Assembly (NCBI RefSeq): GCF_006345805.1
Contig: NC_042997.1
Coordinates: 118,048,001-118,112,000, forward strand
Origin: Octopus sinensis
Taxonomy: Eukaryota
Length of the DNA stretch: 64,000 nt
Reading direction: 5' to 3'
Below the pieces are notes generated by a model. The model ran no database searches. It was given only the letters and a program-made list of their open reading frames with translations, and was not told where the DNA came from. Both the position numbers and the translations under genes were made by a program. Below, in pieces: positions 14,104 to 25,839 of the stretch; position 1 is the stretch's first letter, and each line of letters opens with the position of its first letter.

Positions 14104-14177
14104 AGGTGAGGGAGTTGGTATGTGAAAGCACGTGGTTGGATGTATAAAAGAGAAAATAGAATAAAAAAACTATTTTG

Positions 14178-14870
14178 TTTATTTTGTTTATCGCTTGCCT
14201 AGACCGTTATTTGAAAGAACCAATGAAACAAATCCATTTTTAAAGGTGTATCCTTTAGCTAGTTTTGATCAAATTGTTATTTCGCTTCTATTTAAAAAAA
14301 ACTGTCCGACGAACGGGAACGTGAAACTCCGAGTAACAGCTTTTGTTATATTTCTGCTGCTTTTAAATAAAGTATATATATATATATATGGCAAAAGAGA
14401 ATGAAAAAAAAAACTATAGACGTCTAGTACATATGGTTAAAGAATACACTTAAATCGTCATGTTAAAAAAAGTTATAAATGTTATAGTGACATTACTTTT
14501 GGAGAAATAACCGGTTTCGTATTTTCTTTTCAAATTTCTCAAATTTCCTTACCGGTATTATGTCATTTCTTCGCTATTTTCTAACATTTTTCTAACATGA
14601 TGATTTAAATATATTCTTTAACCATATGTACTAGACATCTATATTTTTTTTTCATTCTATTTTGTCATATATATATACTTTATTTAAAATCAGCAGAAAT
14701 ATAACAAAAGCTGTTACTCGGAGTTTCACGTTCCCGTTCGTCGGACATTTTTGTTAAAATAGAACTGAAATAATTTGATCAAAACTAGTTAAAGGATACA
14801 CCTTTAAAAATGGATTTGTTTCATTGGTTCTTTCAAATAATGGTCTTAGGCAAGCGATAAACAAAATAAA
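14178..14870. repeat. Long inverted repeat (arms about 14178-14475 and 14580-14870)
   Basis: Arms are reverse complements over about 300 bp, e.g. TTTATTTTGTTTATCGCTTGCC / GGCAAGCGATAAACAAAATAAA. Confidence 0.92.
14302..14339 (+). ncRNA. Hammerhead-ribozyme-like motif, type I, U4C core
   Basis: CTGT-CCGACGA-ACG(GGAA)CGT-GAAA-CTC(C)GAG-TA-ACAG; mirror copy on the minus strand at 14711-14748. Confidence 0.6.
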
Positions 14871-15056
14871 TGAGTTCAATATAAATTATAAAAATCGAGG
14901 AAAAACCTTAAATCGAAGAGTTGATTCAAATACATATTGTCATTAATTATATAGAAAATATAATTCGATTAATAAAATTAATACTTAAAAATTAAAATTA
15001 AAATATATTAAAATATTTCACAACAGTATATACTCATACTAAACCATCAATATACA

Positions 15057-15089
<33 letters not shown>

Positions 15090-15703
15090 ATATATATATA
15101 CGACAGGCTTCTTTCAGTTTCGTCTACCAAATCCATTCACAAGGCTTTGGTCGACCAGCGGCTATAATAGTTGACACATACCCGATGTGTCCCGCAGTGG
15201 GACTGAACCCGCAACCATATGAATACATGAATTTTATCTTTTACTTGGGTTGTAACAGAACTTGTTCAAAAATGATGTTTGCGAACACAAATGACAGATG
15301 CTACTTGTTCAGTTTCCATCTCTGACCACTTACTGTCTAAATTAAACAAAAACGAAGCATGGACGGCATGACATGTAAACATATGCAACGTATATTGGTC
15401 AGACTTTTCAGCTAATGGAGCTGACCGCTATTTCTTCCAGTAACTGCATGAGGTACTGATGTACACTAGACCGAAAGACGAACAGATAGAATTGTTGTAG
15501 TATGGCGACAAATTCTCCTACAGTCTTTACAATTTTTACACAGTCAGTCATTACCAGGTTGGACTAAAGGCTGCAAATAGAAAAGTGTAGGTACAGTTGC
15601 CATGAATAGACACAGTTCCGAAAACCTGAATCATGAAAATATTTTTATTCGGTTCATGGTAAGAGATGAACAACCATTGTGAATTTGTTTTACAATAACT
15701 AGT

Positions 15704-16072
15704 AACAAGAGCACTCAGAGAGCGCAAACCTCCGCCAAGGCAACACCAATGTCCTCTCAACGATTAGCCAGAGATGATTTTTAAAATGAGAATATTTTAA
15801 ATAAACTCGAATGCTCTCATAAACGAGAATACTAAAAATGAACACGACCGCTCTAAAAAATTAAGTAAAAAAACCGGAAAAATAATCCAGAATCCTAGTC
15901 CGGCACCCGATCGATCCCAAAATCTAATCAGTTCGTGCTAGTCACAAGGCTAAACATCCCTGAAAGTTTCATCCGAATCCATCCGACGGTTCTTGAGATA
16001 TCTTATCCATGGACAAACAGACAGACACGACTGAAAATAATACCTCCGCCTTCGCCAAGGCGGAGGTAATAA
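15704..16072 (-). mobile_element. Helentron-associated (HINE/DINE-like) element, complete
   Basis: 5' TTATTACCTCCGCC-TTGGCGAA-GGCGGAGGT; internal TGTC repeat; 3' subterminal GGCGGAGGT plus GCGCTCTCTGAGTGC hairpin and CTTGTT end. Confidence 0.82.
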
Positions 16073-16280
16073 GTGTTTCTTACACAGGCACAGGGCCAGA
16101 AATTTGAGGTGGAGGAGTAGGGTCAGTCTTTTAAATTGACCTTGGTACCTCGGAAGGACAAAAGGCAAAGTTCACCTCAGTGAGATTTGGACTCGGGCCA
16201 TACTGGACTCGAGTAAATATCGCATTCTTTTTTAACGTTCTAATGATTCTACCAATGTATCACCGTTTCTTGTAATTAGT

Positions 16281-16530
16281 GGATGCGCATGGTTTAGCGG
16301 TTAGGGTGTTGGACTCATGATCGTAAGATTGTGCTTTCGATTCCTGGACCAGGCGGACGCATTGTGTTCTTGAGGAAAACACTTCATTTCATGTTGTTCC
16401 AGTCCACTCAGCTGGCAAAAATGTATAATCTTGTGACGGACTGGCGTCCTGTCCAGGTGGGGAATATATACACCACTGAAACCAGGAAACTGGCCCTCAT
16501 GAGCCTGGCTTGGCTCAAGAAGGAAACATC
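16281..16530 (+). mobile_element. tRNA-derived SINE sharing the GACGGACTGGCGTCCTGTCCAGG domain with SINE-C
   Basis: GGATGCGCATGGTTTAGCGGTTAGGG...TTCGATTCC head; 3' half parallels the 3' half of SINE-C. Confidence 0.7.
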
Positions 16531-17620
16531 TATTTATTTATTTATTCTTGTAATAATCACTTCCGATTTTGGCACAAGGCCAGCAAAACTTTTGTTGTTG
16601 TTGTGGTGGGTTAGACGATGACATCAAATTTGTACCTCTTCAGTACTTTATTTTGTCGAATGTGAAAGGATAAACGACGGCGACGACGATGATGAAGTGT
16701 AGTTAACTGTCTTTGACGAGGCGTAGTAATGGAGAATGATTAAGATTGTGTTTAACTGCTTTCTTGCGGTTTAATATTTGAACTTGATTACTGAGGTCGT
16801 ACAGAACACAGTTTAACCTGATAACTAAAGTGTGAAGTGTCGTATTTTTTGATCAAACTGCTTTTTTCTATGTAATTTTATCAATGCAGTACTTGAGAAT
16901 AACACTTAAACTGATAAGGGATGTTATGAGATAATGAGGTTACCTCCACCTGGTTGCTCGATCTTCTAAAATTAGCGCCAAAATCACCTTAATGCCACAA
17001 TATTTGTTTCAAAAAAAGGGACTAGTTGAATACTGTGCTCCATCGCCCCTTACGCTTGAGAACATGCAAGATGGTCATATCTGGAAAACCTTGGAACATA
17101 GGTCTGTTCAGTCGGGATTCATCATCATCATCGTCGTCGTCGTCGTCATCATCATCAACCCCCGTGGATATTACTGTGTTGAGTTCTAGGAGTCATAGGA
17201 CCAGTTATGCCGTTTCTATGGCGTGTAATTGACCGCGGTGACAACATTCCCCAACCTCTGAACGGGGCGCCAGTCTGTCGCAGAGTTACTGATTTATAGC
17301 TGAGTAAACGAGAGCAAGGTGAAAAGACAACGCACTGCCCAGTTGAGTATAAATCAAGCCATGGCAGAGTTGGCCAATTTCTACACTGGTTAATATGTCA
17401 ACATAATAAAATCAAAACTGTTAACAACTGGTGTAAACACCACCCCGAAGTTGTAATTGAGGGAGAAAATATAACGATTCGTTGGGACTTTCCAGTACAC
17501 ACAGACAGAACCATCAAAGCTAATAAGCCGGTTATTGTTGTGAAAGACCAAAACAATGGAGTTTGTTTGTTGATCGATATGAGTATTCCTTGTGATCGTA
17601 ATATCTCGGCAAAAGAATAT

Positions 17621-17851
17621 GGCGGCAAGCTGGCAGAAACGTTAGCACGCCGGGCGAAATGCTTAGCGGTATTTCGCCTGCCGCTACGTTCTGAGTTCAA
17701 ATTCCGCCGAGGTCGACTTTGCCTTTCATCCTTTCGGGATCGATAAATTAAGTACCAGTTACACACCAGGGTCGATATAATCGACTTAATCCGTTTGTCT
17801 GTCCTTGTTTGTCCCCTCTGTGTTTAGCCCCTTGTGGGTAGTAAAGAAATA
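17621..17851 (+). mobile_element. SINE-B with tail type 2
   Basis: Head GGCGGCAAGCTGGCAGAAACGTTAGCACGCCGG; central GCCTTTCATCCTTTCGGG..GATAAATTAAGTACCAG; tail TGTGTTTAGCCCCTTGTGGGTAGTAAAGAAATA. Confidence 0.9.
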
Positions 17852-17910
17852 GGTATTTGGTCTGCCGTTACGTTTTGTGTTCAAATTCCGCCGAGGTCGA
17901 CTTTACCTTT

Positions 17911-20236
17911 GTAAAAATATGAGTCTAAGAGACGTAGAATAGGAGATGGTATAGTTAAGGAACTAGAAGAAGCCTTGAGGACTGGTAATGCGGACCAAGC
18001 GAGGATGAAAAGACTGGAGTTAAACCAGCATCTTGAAGCCCAACACATAGGAAGTATTGCCAGAGCTAAGTTACGTGCAATGGGAATTGAAAGAATCAAG
18101 GCCGCTGGATGGGCCCGAGTGGTGGAAACTCGGCAAGGAAATAGTTCCACTATTCGGTCTTTGACGAATCAAAATGGTGTCTTGGTAAACGAAGTCGAGA
18201 AAATGTGTGAGGCCTTTCGGGAGTACTTCGCCCAGCTGTTCGGGAGTAACGGCGGTCCTGGTGGTGGGAGAGCCCTCGAGAACTTTCTTGCCGGGATGCT
18301 GTGTCTCTCGCGGTCGGATGCGGAGTCTTGCGAAGGGCCAATCACGCCTGTGGAGGTAATGGAAGCTTTGCCCAACTGTAAAGCGGGTAAGTCGCCGGGA
18401 CTTGATGATCTTCCGTACGAGCTGTATAAATGTATGCCAGACTTGCTCGGGCACCTACTGGCTGACGTGTACGCGAACTGGCAACAGAATGAGTTTATCC
18501 CCAGATCTGTGCACCGGGGAGTAGTGACGTTGGTCAGAAAGGACCCGCACAAGGGGGACGTTATAGAGAACTTCAGGCCCATCACTCTGTTAAACACAGA
18601 AGTGAAGATTTTGGCCAAGGTCTTAGCAAAAAGGTTGGCGCGTGTCGCGAATGGTATAGTCGGGGAAGCACAGACATGTGCCATCCCAGGAAGAACCATT
18701 CAGGATCCCCTACATCTTATTCGCTATACCACAGAGAGGGATAGTAATAAATCTGGCAAAGATGGGGCATTGGTACATTTAGACGCGCCTAAAGCTTTTG
18801 ATAGGGTTGGCCATCGATACTTTCAGACAGCGTTGTTCGGTACTGGACGGAGGGATCGGTTAAGTTGCTAGGAGTTTGGTTTGGACCAGGCCTTCAGATA
18901 GAGAAGAACTGGACGGAGGTATTGAGCAGGATGGCTGCAGTAGTCAAGACCTGGTTTTGGCGGTGGCTATCCCTGAACGGGAGGGCGGAGGTGGCCAATG
19001 TGTTTATCGCATCGGTCATTACCTGACGCCTGACCGTCGTGCCCTGTCCGGATTCGTGGTTGATTAGGTTGGAGAGACAGCTCTTTCACTTTTTGTGGAA
19101 AGGTAGGTCGCCACTTGTGAAACGCTCTGTCTGCTGTCAAAAGTCTTTAAAGGGAAGTTTAGGGATGCCTTGGTTAATGATGCGCAGGCATGCGTTGAGG
19201 TTGAGTCATCTTTGGATTCTCCTGGATAGTAAACGGGTCTGGTCTCCGCTAGCCAGACTAATGTTCCCCGAGTTCAAAAGTTTTTGCGAACAGGAAGTGG
19301 TCAAGTGAATAGCATAAAGAATGCCGTAACGCCCTCTTGCTATTCCGGCGCTCGGGCAACGCCAGCTGTGGGGGTTCCACACGGATTTTATATAGTGGGT
19401 TGGTATAGTCTGAATGTGACGATGGCCTGGGGGCGACTCTAGGTCTCGGATTTATTCAACTGGACTGCTTGTTTCACCGTACATTCGGGTTGAGAACGTT
19501 GGACAACTTTAAAAAGTCCTTGACCTGGCAATGCTACAGAGGTGCCTTGCTCGTTTGGGATAAGCTCGCAAGACACGGTAAGCGTCAGTCGTCGACCTGT
19601 CCAAGATGCAGGGGCGGGGGGGGGGTCAGGGAAACCGTCCCTCACGCTATTGTTCAGTATCCGGAGATATCTGAAATGTGGGCTTATGCTGAACACCTGT
19701 TGTCCGGCAAAGGAAGAGTACACTTATATCGATTGAGTCACTTATAAAAACTGACCCACCGGGAGTTTTAACGAACGAAGGTAAGAATAGTTTTTTCACG
19801 GTTGTAGCAATAGCGAAAGAGGCAGTATGGAAGACTAGGATAAAAGGAATTAAGATAGGCAACTTTATCTCTGGCCACAATTTACGATCATTTTTTTCTT
19901 TTCATTTGAAAAGGAAGGTTTGGCTGGAGAAGAGGTGTCTGTCGGAGTGTACGTTCCAAAAGAGATGGAAGCATGTTGCACGAGTACTGTGCGTGCAAGG
20001 AACCGTGTGAATAGACGAAAAAAAAAAGAACAAAAAAAGGTACCAGCATTAGATCGGGGCTTGTGGGGTCGTCGCTTCATTTGTGTTGTCCCTGTATTGT
20101 TAATTTCATTCGATTTTCTATATATTGTGTTTAATTTTTAAAAGTCACATTTTATGTAAAATCATACCGCATTACTGATCCCATCAATTTTTCTGTCGAT
20201 TTCTATGTTTAGCCCTCGGTGGGCAATAAAGAAATT
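17911..20236 (+). mobile_element. Tx1-type (L1 clade) LINE, 5'-truncated, internal deletion of the RT core
   Basis: GKSPGLDDLPYELY, NFRPITLLNTEVKILAK, LDAPKAFDRV; downstream FLWKG, C-terminal CPRC...ETVPH knuckle and a 3' UTR ending GGGCAATAAAGAAATT; about 420 bp including YADD missing near 18830 relative to the 42880 copy. Confidence 0.9.
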
Positions 20237-20585
20237 GGTATTTCGTCTGCCGCTACGTTCTGAGTTCAAATTCCGTCGAGGTCGACTTTACCTTTCATCC
20301 TTTTGGGGTCGATAAATTAAGCATCAGTTACGCACTAGGGTCGATGTAATCGACTTAATCTGTCTGTCTGTCCTTGTTTGTCCCCTCTGTGTTTAGCCCC
20401 TTGTGGGCAGTAAAGAAATAGGTATTTCGTCTGCCGTTACGTTTTGAGTTCAAATTCCGCCGAGGTCGACTTTACCTTTTATCCTTTCGGGGGCGATAAA
20501 TTAGGTACCAGTTGCGTACTGGGGTCGATCTAATCGACTAGCCCCTTTCCCCGAAATTTTGAGCCTAGTGCCTAGAGTAGAAACG
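20237..20585 (+). mobile_element. Two head-less SINE-B units in tandem (tail 2, then tail 1)
   Basis: Both start at GGTATTTCGTCTGCC (20237, 20421); the last ends in CCCCGAAATTTTGAGCCTAGTGCCTAGAGTAGAAAC. Confidence 0.88.
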
Positions 20586-20814
20586 AATATCTCTGCAAAA
20601 GAATCTGCCAAGCTCAGAAAATATGATTTGCTCATTGAAATCGAAAAAAATGTAGCATCTCAATGCAGTTACGGTATCAGTGATTGTAGGAGCACTTGGA
20701 ATGATAAAAAAAAGGAGCTGACAATTATTTGAGAATGATCTCTGGCTGACCATCCCACGAAGAAGTGAAAAAGATTGTTTTAATTTGTACGTCACACATT
20801 TTGAGATTGTTGCC

Positions 20815-21238
20815 ATCATGAAAACGGTAGCAAACGATGAAGACATTCGGCGGAATCGACTGGATCTGTATAGTACGAAGAATTGGATTCTTCACAACGA
20901 TGATGTCCCTGTTGTCACCTGTCGCCAACCTCTCCTCATTCGTGAGTACTCGCCAAAAAACAACATGGTATCGCTTCAGCACCCGCCCTGAGGTGAAAAT
21001 GGGGATCAAAGGTGACTGTTTTAATACCGTTGTTGAGATCAAGAGCAAGTCGCAGAAAGTCCATGACTCGTTTACTGAAAATGACTTCCAGGCCGGATTC
21101 CAGAAGTGGCAGAAATACTGGGGAGGGTGCATTGCTGCGCAAGGTGACTATTTCGAAGAAGATGATGTTAAAATTTGGATAAATAGGTTATTATTTTTAT
21201 TAAATATAACAGTCCCGGAACTTTTTGATACCGCGTCG
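20815..21238 (+). mobile_element. Mariner 3' fragment
   Basis: WILHNDD..., SLQHPP, FQKWQKYWGGCIAAQGDYFE; ends in TIR GTCCCGGAACTTTTTGATACCGCGTCG|TA. Confidence 0.8.
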
Positions 21239-21598
21239 TAAGATTAATTATTAACAACAAATATGAAGTAATAAAAAAATAAACCCCGTAAAGATCTGTT
21301 TTGAAAGAGCGGAAAATTATGCTAATCAAATGGATGTAATAATGAAAATGAGATGAAAAGGTGAAGGACTGACTGAGAAAGTATCATATAATTACACCTA
21401 GCTGAAGAGTGATCAGATTTTATTAGCAGCTCGCCCCTTGCATTTCAAATTTAAAACATAAACACACCCATACCGATGTACAGTCATACACATATACACA
21501 TATTCATGTATACACTTGAGCCGGCGTGTATGCTGATATTTGTCGGAGCCAGTTGGTGGGTTGATAGTGGCGATGATGTAGGTTGCATTGGTTTCGAT

Positions 21599-21911
21599 CA
21601 GTGGTTCCCAACCTTTTCACCGTGGTTCTTTTATTTAAATGAGTTTTCCCACGGACCCCTTTTAATATGCTTAGCCTTGTATATATATATATATAATATA
21701 TATATATAATATATATATATATATAGTAAATACAAAAAAAGAATACAAAAACGCGAGGACGTGGTACATGTAAAGTATTAGCAGACGCTCAGGGAAGGAA
21801 GGAAAGATGGTTTAACGTTTCGAGCAACGCTCTTCTTCAGAAAAATAGGAACGTCCAATAGAAAGAAAGACGGAGGAAGAAAATCGCCAACGATTCATAT
21901 GTAGTTACATT

Positions 21912-21953
<42 letters not shown>

Positions 21954-22062
21954 TGTGTGTGTGGTGTGTGTGTGTGTGTGAAATTTTGAATTTAGTTTAT
22001 GGACCCCCAGTACTACCTTTCCGGACTACCATGGATCCGCGGATCCAGGTTGGGAACCATTG
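21599..22062. mobile_element. hAT (Charlie-like) MITE containing nested microsatellites and a ribozyme-bearing element
   Basis: TIRs CAGTGGTTCCCAACC / GGTTGGGAACCATTG; 8-bp TSD GTTTCGAT / GTTTAGAT. Confidence 0.88.
21725..21912 (-). mobile_element. About 200-bp Penelope-type terminal-repeat element with hammerhead motif (21811-21843)
   Basis: Reverse complement TTT-CTGAAGA-A-GAGC(GTT)GCTC-GAAA-CG-TT-AAA; architecture parallels 33557-33762 and 45723-45926. Confidence 0.7.
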
Positions 22063-22629
22063 GTTTAGATGTTAGGGATGATGGGTAGGTATTGATGGAG
22101 GCGTGATTGTCATATCGTTCTTGCTAATTGTATTATTGTGACTGTTTAGTCTCAAGTCGATCCTCATTAGCCTAAGATCAAAGACATTTCATTCAACTTT
22201 TAAAACACACTAAGATACTGTATTACATGTTTTATAATTCATCTCCTAGTTTGTATATAAATCTCCAAATATCCGTTTAAACAGATAATCCACACTTAAG
22301 TTTAAAGCGTGAGCACCGTACTTGCTCATCGCTTCTTTCCATCTTCCGCTGCTTTACCTCAGCCTCTTTCTTTTTCTTTTCTTCTCTCATCTCTCTTCTT
22401 TCGTCTTTATTTGTATTTAAATATTTAATAAAGAATACATTTGACTATTTCCTACCTTTTCGTCTCTATTTTTATTTTGTTGAAAAACTAAAATTTCCCC
22501 CAAAAACGTAACAGTACTGCAAGGGAGGCTACTCAGAATTCGTAACAAAAGTTATTGCCCTTATATTTCGAGATCTTTTTTAAACGCTTATTGGCGTTAT
22601 ATTATTACTCATACATACCTTATTAATAA

Positions 22630-23146
22630 CTAGCAGTATCGCCCGGCGTTGCTCGGGTTTGTAAGGGAAATAACTATATAAGCATTTTTAGAGAGTTACT
22701 TCCTTTATAGATGCCAATTCGGGCTTTCTTAGCCATTTCTGTTTTGGTGTCTTCAAGCCATGAAGTCGTTGTTCTAAAAGAACGCTGGTTTCCTTGACAA
22801 CGCATTACGACGTTGATTTCCTTAAACTCCCTTCCCCACAGCTTCACGAGGGAGGGAAGAAGGGGGAGAAGCAAACACAGGTGCAGGTGTTTGAGCGTGG
22901 ACGCCAACTCCGCCGCCATCGACACACGAAAAATTATGCATTAAAATGGAATAAAAAATGATGTTAAATTATTTTTAAAATCGTAGACTCATCGTAGACG
23001 CGCGCTAATAGCCAGACGGGCTCGATATTAATCACGACTATAAGATACCCGAATTTGGTTAAACTGCACCGCAAAATGTGGGAGGAGTTAGGAATCTAAA
23101 TCGTAGGAGACAGACACTCACACAACTACAGTTTTATATATATAGA
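22630..23146 (-). mobile_element. Non-autonomous Helitron
   Basis: Minus strand A|TCTATATATATAAAAC ... CCCGAGCAACGCCGGGCGATACTGCTAG|T. Confidence 0.85.
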
Positions 23147-23593
23147 TATAATAATCAAATATCGTGGATATTTTTTTTAGCGTGACTTTGGTAAATTAAA
23201 TGAAACGTCATGTAAATGCACAATTATATAAAGCTATAATATGAAATGCATGCCTACGGTTGAAATTCTTATATTTCTGAGGTGGAAATAAAATATTTGA
23301 GGAAATAATCTCACTCTTCAATTCCTACATTAGATTTACTTTAACCAATTCGCTGCTATATTTATTATATGATATGCTGTTTTCACCATATAATACAGAA
23401 AGAGAGAAAGCAAACCACAAAAATATCATGTTACAGAAAAAAACAAACAAACAACATTTGTCTGTTTCTTCTCTCACTCAGTTTATATATCGAAACGTTA
23501 AAGACTTTTTCACTTCTCGAGCGGGAAAATAATACATCTGTTTGTTGTCTACACCACCTGTCTTCGTCTTTTTTTATTGTGAATTCTCCGTAT

Positions 23594-23683
<90 letters not shown>

Positions 23684-23685
<2 letters not shown>

Positions 23686-23872
23686 GGGAGAGTTTACGAA
23701 AACAACAAAAGACGAAGACAGGTGGTGTACAAAACAAACAGATGTATTAGTATAACGCTCAGGAATAGAAAAAGCCTTTTACGTTTCGAGCCTACGCTCT
23801 TCTACAGAAAGGGACACAGAAAAAACAAGGAGAGAAAAAAATGTGTGTAGTGGCTAACGATCTATCATGGCG
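23684..23872 (-). mobile_element. About 190-bp Penelope-type element with hammerhead-like motif (23778-23810, CUGUAGA core)
   Basis: Same boundaries and sequence as 50556-50743; a degenerate inverted copy lies at about 23490-23590. Confidence 0.7.
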
Positions 23873-23939
23873 CTAATATATATATTAGGAGAGATTCCCG
23901 GCGTTGCTCGGGATTAAAATGGCATAGCTTTTTATTATT

Positions 23940-24115
23940 TTACTTCTTTCAGTCATGTGAATGTAGCCTTGCTGGAGCACCGCCTTTAGTCGAATAAATC
24001 GACCCCAGGATTTATTCTTTGTAAGCCTAGTACTTATTTTATCGGTGTCTTTTGTCGAACCGTTGGTTACAGGGACGTAAACACACAAATATCGGTTGTC
24101 AACGATGGTAGGAGA
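23940..24115 (-). mobile_element. SINE-A 3' half
   Basis: GCTGGAGCACCGCCTTTAGTCGA...GTAAGCCTAGTACTTAT. Confidence 0.8.
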
Positions 24116-24175
24116 ACAATCACACACACACACACACAGATACACACACACACACACAGATACACACACACACAG

Positions 24176-24232
<57 letters not shown>

Positions 24233-24236
24233 CATA

Positions 24237-25085
24237 CTAGACTACCTGTGCGTGACCCGTTCGGTCACCAGAAAAGTCTGAATTTCCCAGCAATGTGGGT
24301 TATTTTTCCTTTTCCTGGTTATTTTGCATGCTTCAACGAATGTGACATCACAATTACGTGTAAATAGCTCCTTTCCCTACAAAAGGAAAGATTTGGCTAC
24401 TATTTCTTGCACGCCCTGCTACTATGATCAAGTATTTCGTGTCCTTTATCGCAAATAGCAGTTACGTGGTAGCAGGGCGTGCAAGAAACAACAGCCAAAT
24501 CTTTGGAATTGAGATACGTTGAATGCACTCGAAAAAAACCTATTGACAAAAATGATTTCACCCTGAGGTTACGAACGGGTCTTTTACGAAATATTTATAC
24601 CAAAAAGAATATTTGTAATGGTGTTCACTTGAAAATAATTTTAAAAACCATTAAAATAGTGTCTGTTAAAATATAAATAATTATTGTACAAACAACTTCG
24701 CTTTTTGAAATCACATTCATTTAAAAATATTTCTAAATGATTACAATATTGTGTTTAACAAAAGTGAAAACAGAAACATTTTTCGTCGTCAAGTCACTGT
24801 ATAATCGAAAGGTAAGAGTTACTTTCCTTTCAGGATCATGTTAATTTCGGAAACTTTTCCCACTATGCACCGTTTTGGGTATTCATACCCCGAAAACCCT
24901 TAATATCTTCCCAACTACTCATCCAATTTACGCGAACCTTGTCTCATTCCGCTGATATTTACATTTCAGGGAAGGCTTAATTCATAGTATTTTCCCATTC
25001 TGCGCCAGTTTGCCTGAGTAACGTTGCAAGCAAGGAAGCAAACAAGACAGAATCTGACTTTTGATGTATTTTATATATATATATA
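24237..25085 (-). mobile_element. Non-autonomous Helitron, another family
   Basis: 3' hairpin GTGACC-GAACG-GGTCAC followed by ...GTCTAG|T; 5' end TATATAAAATACATC...TCTGTCTTG merging into (TA)n. Confidence 0.7.
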
Positions 25086-25087
25086 AT

Positions 25088-25562
<475 letters not shown>

Positions 25563-25839
25563 TTACTATTTACATCCTATATAAAGACATGACAACTAAA
25601 ATTATACAACTAGAAATCGTCGAAATAATCTTTCATCACTAAATAAGGAACAAAAATGAGGAATAAAAATGAGGAATAAAAAATAATAAAAATATGAAAA
25701 AGAAATATAAACTTATTATATGAGTTTATATTTCTTTTTCTTCTTTTTCTTATTTTTTATTCCTCATTATCTTATATAAGTTCACTGATATTAAAATATA
25801 TTGCTTGAATCAGTAAAATAAAAGCATCAATCATGTCAT

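Larger units (their letters stand above)
17340..20806 (+). mobile_element. Second R4/Dong-type family, endonuclease region split by a 3-kb nested insertion (pieces 17340-17618 and 20586-20806)
   Basis: ...FLHWLICQH...WDFPVHTDRTIKANKP...LIDMSIPCDRNISAKE | NISAKESAKLRKY...VIVGALG...ICTSHILR; 19-bp TSD AATATCTC(G/T)GCAAAAGAAT. Confidence 0.8.

Noticed and set aside
17621-20585. Regularly recurring SINE-B motifs resembling a repeat-spacer array
   Set aside because: Eukaryotic SINE tandem units, not CRISPR; no cas genes or unique spacers.
22290-22425. Minus-strand charged peptide (ERREMREEKKKKEAE...)
   Set aside because: Low-complexity purine tract without a credible acceptor.
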